A DNA stretch of 64,000 nucleotides from a virus. The position numbers and the translations under genes are program-made. Under the pieces are notes generated by a model. That model was given only the letters and a program-made list of their open reading frames with translations. It did no database searches and was not told where the DNA came from. The stretch is taken from the IMG/VR virus record IMGVR_UViG_3300010883_000009, positions 1 through 64,000 of that record; one strand, 5' to 3'. Shown here piece by piece: positions 56,760 to 64,000 of this stretch (its first letter is position 1; each line of letters starts with the position of its first letter).

Positions 56760-57239
56760 TTAAAAGCTTTGACCGGGTGATCCCGGCTGCATTCGTGCTT
56801 CAGGAGACATTTGATCAAATACGCTTTGGTCTGGTGCTTCAGCTTGTTGTTGCGGAACAATCTGGTTGATTACTTCCATAACACCTTGTGGCGTTGTTAA
56901 CGTTTGCAAACTTGAAATGTCAGTTTTACCAAAACGAACATTAGTTATCAATCCAGATAGTTGATTCATAAGAGTTAGAACTACCCCTCTGTTAATTGGA
57001 AGCAATTTAGCTAATGTTTCTTCTACCGTTTCTAGTTCAAATTGTCCCTGATCTTGACTATTCGGATATTGACTAACAAATGTTGCCATTGCTTGCGCTG
57101 CTGTTTGTGCAATGTTTTCTTTGCTCGCCTCATCAATTACTTGAGCCGTTTTCGTCCACCCAGCTTTCTTACCAATGTCTTGCCATTCTTTTTGAGACAT
57201 CTTAACTTTACTTTTTCCGTTAGCTGTAATTATTTTCAT
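56760..57239 (-). CDS. Class-2 leader protein
   Basis: MKIITANGKSKVKMSQKEWQDIGKKAGWTKTAQ. Confidence 0.65.
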   Translation of the reverse strand: MKIITANGKSKVKMSQKEWQDIGKKAGWTKTAQVIDEASKENIAQTAAQAMATFVSQYPNSQDQGQFELETVEETLAKLLPINRGVVLTLMNQLSGLITNVRFGKTDISSLQTLTTPQGVMEVINQIVPQQQAEAPDQSVFDQMSPEARMQPGSPGQSF

Positions 57240-57250
57240 ATTTGTGCCTG

Positions 57251-57592
57251 TTAAGCTTTCGTATTATATCTGTCATATATTCTATTCACAAGATTAGAAA
57301 TTTTGTTTCGTACATCTTTCCTTGTTTCGCCTAAAAAATTGATCATATCGACAACATCGGGATAAACCTCTCCCCATTCAGGGTCGTCTCGCATTTCGTT
57401 CTTTACAACAAAAAGATATTGTATTAGAGAATCTATCTTTTGAGAACATCTAAAAGACTCGTCACTTAAATTCTTACCAAGATTGACACCTTCTTGAGCC
57501 GTTTTCGTCCACCCATTGTTTTCGCCAATGGATTTCCATTCACTTTTCGAAATCTTGATTTGCTTCTTACCGTTTGCCATTACTATTTTCAT
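57251..57592 (-). CDS. Class-2 leader protein
   Basis: MKIVMANGKKQIKISKSEWKSIGENNGWTKTAQ. Confidence 0.65.
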   Translation of the reverse strand: MKIVMANGKKQIKISKSEWKSIGENNGWTKTAQEGVNLGKNLSDESFRCSQKIDSLIQYLFVVKNEMRDDPEWGEVYPDVVDMINFLGETRKDVRNKISNLVNRIYDRYNTKA

Positions 57593-57601
57593 TTGGTTCT
57601 C

Positions 57602-58402
57602 CTATTCCACAAATTCTTCCAACACTTCTAATGCAATGATGTTGGAGAACAAAAACCTTTTTATCTGATTCCCCAAAATCTGCCATTTTCCTCCATTTAT
57701 TGTAGGAGATGCGTCAAATGCTACAAAATACTCCCCTCCATTACTTACTCGTATTGGATACCCTTCTCCGGGAGATGGCATTAATTTTCTAGGCGGCAAA
57801 GTTTGACCACTTTCCTTTGACTGATAAATTATCTGCAATGCAAGATTCTTCTGCTCTGCATATCTTACCTTTGCTCTGTCATCCAATACCATTTCAGCGC
57901 GAGGACTTGTCGGTTGCTCCTGTTGCGCTGGTTGCTCCTGCATAGGATCGGGCATTGGCGGCTCTTCAACGACAGGACCATTCTGTAAAACGTCTTGATT
58001 AACAGGGAAGGCAGGATTGCCAATAGTAGATTGAGCTTGACGATGAGTTTTTTCTCCGATATCTACTCCTGCAATTTTGTCCCCAACTCCTAAGTCATTT
58101 TTCAGGAACCACCCGTGATTAACTTCGAGTGCTAACTTGCATGGTTTATCAGATGATGTTAAACGGGTACTAAGAGGATACATCTCTGCGATTTGGAAAA
58201 TAGTACCATCGTCTTCTAAAAAAGCTATGTCCAATGGTATATAAGTGGACTGCATCCAAAAACGAAGATTGTCGGCGCGGGTAAACTTAAACAGCATCCC
58301 TGCATTCTCCGCGAGATTTTTTCTATGCATTAAACCCGTTGCTCTGAGCGTAGGGGTATCTGCTATTTCTACTGAAAGTCTCTTCATGAACTTTCCTGCC
58401 AC
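57602..58402 (-). CDS. DUF192 domain protein with C-terminal WYL-like domain
   Basis: VEIADT...GLMHR...GMLF...FWMQST.IPLDIAF...LEVNHG...GVGD; C-terminal IIYQ...RKLMP...AFD...IKRF..SNI. Confidence 0.7.
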   Translation of the reverse strand: MAGKFMKRLSVEIADTPTLRATGLMHRKNLAENAGMLFKFTRADNLRFWMQSTYIPLDIAFLEDDGTIFQIAEMYPLSTRLTSSDKPCKLALEVNHGWFLKNDLGVGDKIAGVDIGEKTHRQAQSTIGNPAFPVNQDVLQNGPVVEEPPMPDPMQEQPAQQEQPTSPRAEMVLDDRAKVRYAEQKNLALQIIYQSKESGQTLPPRKLMPSPGEGYPIRVSNGGEYFVAFDASPTINGGKWQILGNQIKRFLFSNIIALEVLEEFVE

Positions 58403-58611
58403 GATACGGAGCTATCATCTAAACCATCTCGCAGTTCTTTGGCAGCTTCAACGTCAGGGCAGAAAAAATGTAAAGCTCTTGACCCCGCCTTGTTTCGCAA
58501 CATCACCCCATGAGGAACTTCAACAGATACCTGTCCCGTCTGAACGAGGTTGTATTGCTTTTTACTTAACTCGGCGTAAATCTCGATTGGTCGATCTTCT
58601 TTAGTTTCCAT
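58384..58611 (-). CDS. Hypothetical protein (75 aa)
   Basis: Co-oriented small ORF. Confidence 0.5.
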   Translation of the reverse strand: METKEDRPIEIYAELSKKQYNLVQTGQVSVEVPHGVMLRNKAGSRALHFFCPDVEAAKELRDGLDDSSVSWQESS

Positions 58612-58620
58612 TTCAGAACC

Positions 58621-59085
58621 TTAAAATGAGACAAGATGAGAATGCTCGTCAAAAACGCAAGCAATACGATATCCTTTCTTCCCTCTCTTGTTCATGCTTG
58701 CTAAAATTTCGGTATAACTCTTGTCCTTTCTGTTTTTCAAGAAAAGGTTATTTTCTCCCAACGACATTGTTGAGATTACCTTTCTTCCCTTCTCGGTAAA
58801 TTTGACTTCATTTGTATTGCCGCTTAAAAGACCTCTTGATTTGAGGCGAATCAACTCTTTATTTGCAACATCTATGTTTGCAACTTTGTAAGTTTCGTTG
58901 CTGCTCTTCTCTGCGTTCAACCAAATCTCCATTAACACATTTGCGTCTTTATCCGCAACTGTTACAGAGAAGTCGCTAGCTTCCTTGGGTATATGGTTTG
59001 CCAAAAAAGAGATATCCAACAAACCTTCTGCTTGCGGTTCTGTTTGTAATGTATTTTGGTTTACTAATCCAATTGGTATAGGCAT
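58621..59085 (-). CDS. Hypothetical protein, possible winged helix
   Basis: LIRLKSRGLL...VKFTEKGRKV. Confidence 0.45.
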   Translation of the reverse strand: MPIPIGLVNQNTLQTEPQAEGLLDISFLANHIPKEASDFSVTVADKDANVLMEIWLNAEKSSNETYKVANIDVANKELIRLKSRGLLSGNTNEVKFTEKGRKVISTMSLGENNLFLKNRKDKSYTEILASMNKRGKKGYRIACVFDEHSHLVSF

Positions 59086-59095
59086 AATTATCTCC

Positions 59096-59476
59096 TTATC
59101 CGCTTACGTCTGGCATCTCGCCGCCCTGCATTTCGTGAATATCACCCATAACAAACTCGGTTTCATGTCCCCTACTATTCCACCACATTGCTTGGACTCT
59201 ATCTAAACTTATCAAAAGGTTTTCCATTTGTTTTAAAGATCCTCCATCCATTTCATTAAGCACAGCAAGCAGTTGAGACTTGATTTGATTAGCCCTAGAC
59301 TGAATTTCAGGATCATCAATATCATTTGTCAAATCCTCTAACTTTTCAATGTTATCAGCGTATGCTCTTAATGTATTAGCTATCACATTGAATTCATGAT
59401 TAAATTCAAATGCATTTTCGCTAACGACTGGCTGCGCCTCTTTAATGATCGTAACTTGTCCGTCGTCAATATGCAT
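59096..59476 (-). CDS. Hypothetical helical protein
   Basis: AGGAG RBS; IIKEAQ motif. Confidence 0.55.
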   Translation of the reverse strand: MHIDDGQVTIIKEAQPVVSENAFEFNHEFNVIANTLRAYADNIEKLEDLTNDIDDPEIQSRANQIKSQLLAVLNEMDGGSLKQMENLLISLDRVQAMWWNSRGHETEFVMGDIHEMQGGEMPDVSG

Positions 59477-59486
59477 GTCTTCTCTC

Positions 59487-61928
59487 CTATTTCATCTTTC
59501 GTAGCTTCCACAGCCCGAAATCATCAAATAATCTATCTGCTTCTTTCTTTCCTTCAGAACGGATACTTTCCCTTGCAAATAAAAGATCGAACTCTGAAAT
59601 ACCTCCTTTGAACAAAGAAGCAGAACTAGATATCATAGAATGAACTAAATCTCTATCAATATCCAAATCATACTGCAACTTTAACTTCAAAGCTCTCAAA
59701 ATAATCACTGGGTTATTCTTAACAAGTCTCTTTGGATCAGAGTAAGTCTTAAGAATACCCTTACGAACTGCCTTCTGAGCAACCCTTAGTGGATCAATAA
59801 CGTCCCCCGTGACTACGTTAAAGGCGAACATATTGATCGTAAAATCTCGGCGTAACAAATCAATAACGATTTGACTACGCTGCGACTTGCGTAACATAGA
59901 GAGACGAGCAAGCTCTTCTTTTCTTGATGTCAAGCTAAATTCTACCTTAATTCCCTTATAGGCAAATGTTAAATCGTCACCGATTTCTGGAACAACTCCC
60001 AATTCGCTAGCCAACAACTGTCCAATCTGACCGTTGGTACGTGCTGATTTTGTTGAAAAATCTAGTTGCTCTACATCGGGATTATCATTCCCCATCACCC
60101 TTTCTCTTGCATACATCCCAACGATATGAAGATCCTCAATTTCTGCTCTCTCGGCAATCGACTTGGCAATATCAACGATCTCTTCGACTGCCTGAGATCT
60201 GCAATAAGAAAATCCAAGAAGATCTTCGATCAAATCATCCAAATCTTCAGAAGACTTATCACTTTGGAAACGAGCTTCTGCTTTACGCAACGTATCGGCA
60301 GGAACAGAAGTATCGGTAATCCATATCGAATAGATGAACTCTTCATCCATTGTTCTTCCAAAACGAAATGACTTGAGATTGATGCCTTCGCATTCAACAA
60401 CCTTTTTAATGAACGGATAAATATCGCTAGTGACAACTAATCGAGTAGCTTTCATCTTCCCCAACAATATACGTTCTTTGATTACTTCCAAGATACGCAA
60501 AATCTGCGGAATGTCACTTTCTACATCTGTTTCTACTTTGGCAAAACGTTTTGCAGGATGTACATTAGAATTATCCTCTACCATTTCATCCCATAGTTGC
60601 GGTTTAAAACGTGGCTCAATCCATCTGTAATAGAATCCCTTAAGATCGTATGACGGATTGTATCGAGGTTGGCTCTTAATCCATGTCTCTTCTTCGGAGA
60701 AACTTTCATCTCTATCATCCCACGCCATAACCCTGTCTCCAAGACCGGGAATAGTAGAACCGTCCGAAATCTCAAGATTGTTATACCATCCGAAAAGCGT
60801 AGCTTCTTTCTTCATCTTAGAAGCCGTCTTTCCTAATGGGACCATAAGAGGTTGCGGTCTACGTTCCTCCATCAACTGTTCAAGGGTCTTATACCCAGCA
60901 GTTTCATCATGGTCTTTGGAAAGCAACTCTTCATATATTAACTGAGGATTTGGAACAAAATCATTAGCGAACTGTTTGCGGAGTTGCTTCTCTACGATAT
61001 CGTGAATCTGACTAAGATCAGGGGCTAATGGCCACGTGAAACCTCTACCCAATCGTTCCTCAATAGGAACATTCTGATCTTGTTGAGCCATCATACCCCA
61101 ATCTGCCATACCTGCTTCAGGAGATGGCGATCTACCTGTCCGTCCTGACAAATCAGAACCCGTTGGTTTGTTTTGCATGGACTTAGGAACATAACTCGTA
61201 TATTGAGAAAAACGATACCAATTCCTTTTACCAGCCATGATAGGCATATCTTCGCCGGACTCCGTTTGGTATTTCTGTTTGATGTTTTCCATCATCTGTC
61301 CAGCAAAATCTGCTTCTCTACCTTGAGCGGCACCTTCGTCTCCGCCCATGGAGTGCTCCCATTCATGAACTATGGTAGCTCCTAACTCCAGCATGATTAA
61401 CATATCCCAAAGAAGGTTTGGATTGGAGATAGGGACTCCCGCTGCTTCAGCATCATTAGCAATCTTCAGCATATTTTGTTCTGTAGCGCTTTTGACTTTA
61501 TTCATGTTAACGCCAAGAACTTCACTCTTACCGGTATTAATCTGATCCCAAACCTGTTTGATTTCTGATTGGACTTGTTCGTTAGGCTTATCCTGATCCT
61601 TTGGGTAGGCAACGAGCATCTTGTTCTCTTCTTTAATCTCGTACCCTCTGCCCTCTAATTGCGCTTGCAACTCGTTAGCTTTAACTTCTTCTACGAGAGA
61701 GGGGATATATACGCCGTAAGCTCCTTGATTAGAAAAGTCAAAAATGTAAGATACATCTTGCGATATTTGAGGAGCATATTGGTACACCAACTCCATAGTT
61801 TCGGCTGTTCTTGAGAACATAGAAGAAAGCTGAGAGAAGTCGATACTACCGCCGGGACTGTATTTAGGAGTGTCCCCGCTATAGTACTGAGAATAATCTT
61901 GATTTTGAGATTCCTTTTCCATATTCAT
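59487..61928 (-). CDS. Multidomain protein: HExxH metallopeptidase-like N-terminus, degenerate class II nucleotidyltransferase C-terminus
   Basis: IVHEWEH...DEGAA; VGMYARE, QLDF, DLLRRDFTIN, VIDPL, NPVIILRALK. Confidence 0.65.
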   Translation of the reverse strand: MNMEKESQNQDYSQYYSGDTPKYSPGGSIDFSQLSSMFSRTAETMELVYQYAPQISQDVSYIFDFSNQGAYGVYIPSLVEEVKANELQAQLEGRGYEIKEENKMLVAYPKDQDKPNEQVQSEIKQVWDQINTGKSEVLGVNMNKVKSATEQNMLKIANDAEAAGVPISNPNLLWDMLIMLELGATIVHEWEHSMGGDEGAAQGREADFAGQMMENIKQKYQTESGEDMPIMAGKRNWYRFSQYTSYVPKSMQNKPTGSDLSGRTGRSPSPEAGMADWGMMAQQDQNVPIEERLGRGFTWPLAPDLSQIHDIVEKQLRKQFANDFVPNPQLIYEELLSKDHDETAGYKTLEQLMEERRPQPLMVPLGKTASKMKKEATLFGWYNNLEISDGSTIPGLGDRVMAWDDRDESFSEEETWIKSQPRYNPSYDLKGFYYRWIEPRFKPQLWDEMVEDNSNVHPAKRFAKVETDVESDIPQILRILEVIKERILLGKMKATRLVVTSDIYPFIKKVVECEGINLKSFRFGRTMDEEFIYSIWITDTSVPADTLRKAEARFQSDKSSEDLDDLIEDLLGFSYCRSQAVEEIVDIAKSIAERAEIEDLHIVGMYARERVMGNDNPDVEQLDFSTKSARTNGQIGQLLASELGVVPEIGDDLTFAYKGIKVEFSLTSRKEELARLSMLRKSQRSQIVIDLLRRDFTINMFAFNVVTGDVIDPLRVAQKAVRKGILKTYSDPKRLVKNNPVIILRALKLKLQYDLDIDRDLVHSMISSSASLFKGGISEFDLLFARESIRSEGKKEADRLFDDFGLWKLRKMK

Positions 61929-61958
61929 CTATTTCTTGATTTGCTCTCCAAATCCCTA

Positions 61959-61994
61959 TAAAAAAAAGAGGTAGAGCCATAAGCTCTACCTCTT
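61959..61994 (-). terminator. Intrinsic terminator (promoter motif follows at 61930-61958)
   Basis: AAGAGGTAGAGC-N5-GCTCTACCTCTT plus T tract. Confidence 0.8.
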
Positions 61995-62061
61995 AAACCA
62001 CCAACCAGTATGATTTAGTCTTACTTGCCTAGAGCATATGCCCTTCTCGTAAGAAAACTGT

Positions 62062-62379
62062 TTAAACGCCGTATCCCAAGCCCAAATCTTTTTCTTTGGT
62101 CTCTTCTTCCTCGTCGCCGTCGCCTTCGTCACCTTCATTGTAACGATATTTATGAGGTCTTTGCTTCGCTTGGCGCTCTTCAAAATATTCGCAGGTCTTT
62201 CCTGAGTCTTCAGGAGTTATCAATTCACCAAACCCCGGGACTTCAGCATTCAAGAGATCTTCTAAGATATCTTCATCGATACCATCTCCGCAGCTTGTTC
62301 CCCCTTCGTGACCTAGAACCTTGGCTTCATAGGTTCCATTTTTCTTGTTAACCGTTAATCTGACAATTACATCGCCCAT
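62062..62379 (-). CDS. DUF2997-like protein
   Basis: VRLTVNKKNGTYEAKVLGHEGGTSC...KTCEYF; adjacent to DUF1257-like gene. Confidence 0.55.
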   Translation of the reverse strand: MGDVIVRLTVNKKNGTYEAKVLGHEGGTSCGDGIDEDILEDLLNAEVPGFGELITPEDSGKTCEYFEERQAKQRPHKYRYNEGDEGDGDEEEETKEKDLGLGYGV

Positions 62380-62390
62380 GATCACTCTCC

Positions 62391-62822
62391 TTACGTCAAT
62401 AGCTCTCTGGCTTTTTCGGCGTCAACGCGAATGTCGGTAACAATTTCCTCGTCACCATTCTCGTTGCGTAATACTTCGTATCCTCGCATTTGAGCGAGTG
62501 CCAAAGCTTTCATACGCATTACTTCGCCAGTTAATTTTTGCTTCAGCGCTCCGATAGAGTAATCTCCACCGATTTCCCATGTCCCGTTCTCGTTACGATT
62601 CAAACCGATATCGCTATAAAGATTGGGGATTTTACGTCCGGAACCTTCAACAACAATTTGGAATATATCCTTGACTGGACTGCCATGAAATTTTGCTTGT
62701 AACCCACCCTGTTCATCAACCTTAACATGTTCTTCCCATTCGGGCATAACATTAATCAAAGCTTTTTTCAGGATATTGAGGCTGCATTTTAGCTCAATTT
62801 TACCTGTTTGCCAATGGCTCAT
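62391..62822 (-). CDS. DUF1257 (Ycf35-like) protein
   Basis: MSHW...LKKAL...DIGL.RN.NGTWEIGGD...AQMRGYEV; AAGGAG RBS. Confidence 0.6.
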   Translation of the reverse strand: MSHWQTGKIELKCSLNILKKALINVMPEWEEHVKVDEQGGLQAKFHGSPVKDIFQIVVEGSGRKIPNLYSDIGLNRNENGTWEIGGDYSIGALKQKLTGEVMRMKALALAQMRGYEVLRNENGDEEIVTDIRVDAEKARELLT

Positions 62823-62855
62823 ACTGGTTCTCCTTATCAACTTCTAAATGACAAT

Positions 62856-63920
62856 TTACTTTGTCTTTATGTCATTCATTATACAGAAGTTTTTAAAATA
62901 ATAAGAAGGTAAACCGACATTCAATCCATACTCTCCATCCTGTGCAACAATGGATGTCAACATGCCAACAACCTCTCCATTATCTGTCTTGACGATAGGA
63001 CCGCCGCTATTGCCTTGAAAAACTGGTGCATCTATGAAGAAATACTTAGGAGAACCCTGATGACCATAGATCTGTCTACCCATAGATCCAACGTTGCCAA
63101 ACGATACATTATTTTCAAAACCATGGGGACTTCCAATGGTTAAGATATCGTCTCCGATCTGCATCGAGGCTACGTCTAGTGCAAATGGCTCTACGTCTAT
63201 CTCAGCTTTCAATATGGCTATATCCCATGCAGCATTCATAGCAACAATCTTGGCAGGGATGCGCCGTCCATTCTGAATGATATGGACTTCGACTCGATCT
63301 GTATAGTCTTCTAAATCTATATGAGACTCAATGCTCTTATCATAATTGATGATGACATGTGCGCAAGTTAAAAAGGTTTGGGGAGCTATGCAAAATGCTG
63401 CGCCAGTTTCTTTGACAGAATGATAAGTGTCAACTGACTCAACTTTAAAGGTACGTCTTAGGGATGCCGAAACAGTTTGAACACGATCTTGATTTTGAGC
63501 AACGCGAGCGATCCATTTGATAGGAACATTCTTTTCTCGCATCTTCTCTCTAAACTGCTGTACCAAGTTGAATGACGGAAATGTTTTGGCTCCGCCCGGG
63601 ATCTTAACTTTCCAAGTTTCGCTTTCGTCAGGATAAAGAGCGGTCATCTTGTTAAAGATTTCCATGTCCCGTTCTTTACGTTTGTAAAGGTCGCCTTCGT
63701 CTTTGTACGAACTGAAAAGTTCGTCAGACTTTTCGCCTCTACCCCAATCCCCGCCTGCATTCGGTAATACGTAATTACGTCCGTCCATAACGTCCTGAAT
63801 AGTATGGACATTATTTGTGGGAACAACCGAGCGATTAGTTGGTGTAGATAGACCAGTACCCGGAGCAATAATCTCGGGCATGAAAGTACGTGACTCTTTC
63901 TTTAACTTGATAAATTTCAT
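62856..63920 (-). CDS. Trypsin-like (S1) serine protease with N-terminal extension
   Basis: LTCAHV, DIAILK, GNSGGP catalytic triad. Confidence 0.88.
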   Translation of the reverse strand: MKFIKLKKESRTFMPEIIAPGTGLSTPTNRSVVPTNNVHTIQDVMDGRNYVLPNAGGDWGRGEKSDELFSSYKDEGDLYKRKERDMEIFNKMTALYPDESETWKVKIPGGAKTFPSFNLVQQFREKMREKNVPIKWIARVAQNQDRVQTVSASLRRTFKVESVDTYHSVKETGAAFCIAPQTFLTCAHVIINYDKSIESHIDLEDYTDRVEVHIIQNGRRIPAKIVAMNAAWDIAILKAEIDVEPFALDVASMQIGDDILTIGSPHGFENNVSFGNVGSMGRQIYGHQGSPKYFFIDAPVFQGNSGGPIVKTDNGEVVGMLTSIVAQDGEYGLNVGLPSYYFKNFCIMNDIKTK

Positions 63921-63929
63921 AACAAATAC

Positions 63930-63958
63930 AATTTCAATGTATTCGCTGTAAATTCCTT
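63930..63958 (-). promoter_or_regulatory. Putative late promoter (AAGG-N19-GAAATT)
   Basis: Recurrent motif, 9 nt before ATG 63920. Confidence 0.5.
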
Positions 63959-64000
63959 TCTTAGTACTCTAAGAAGTCGAGATCGTCTTTTTCGCTTTTT

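Noticed and set aside
1-64000. Stop-codon reassignment
   Set aside because: Coding density is high under the standard code, and TAA, TAG and TGA all end genes at overlap or operon boundaries; the single read-through-like case at 4962 also needs a frameshift.

Overview
The whole window is part of a large tailed dsDNA virus (Caudoviricetes), about 40% GC, gene-dense and mostly on the minus strand. It holds the virion morphogenesis region, read right to left: trypsin-like protease, DUF1257/DUF2997 pair, intein-containing AAA+ ATPase, portal, 1864-aa prohead protease/scaffold, head decoration protein, HK97-fold major capsid protein, neck proteins, an actin-family ATPase, tail tube, tail assembly chaperone with a -1 slippery site, and the start of a tape measure gene. 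A plus-strand island carries a LamG adhesin and a CCA-adding enzyme. The most striking signal is a shared leader peptide. About 20 otherwise unrelated ORFs begin M(K/R)I(Y/F)(R/K)xA(Q) or M(K/R)SWY(K/R)xA(Q), nine of them in a consecutive, mostly overlapping array at 13.2-16.5 kb, and four more share a second ~30-aa leader. The domains behind the leaders look like ADP-ribosyltransferase, GNAT, papain-like, kinase and Zn-peptidase effectors. The same hydrophobic-(K/R)-x-A motif recurs through the protease/scaffold. My inference is a capsid-targeting, protease-cleaved tag that loads a shuffled effector set into the head. A bipartite promoter-like motif AGG-N18/19-GAA(A/G)TA occurs 17 times, often 6-9 nt before an ATG with no RBS. 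No tRNA, CRISPR array, terminase or tail sheath was recognised. All protein calls come from reading motifs by eye, not from database searches.
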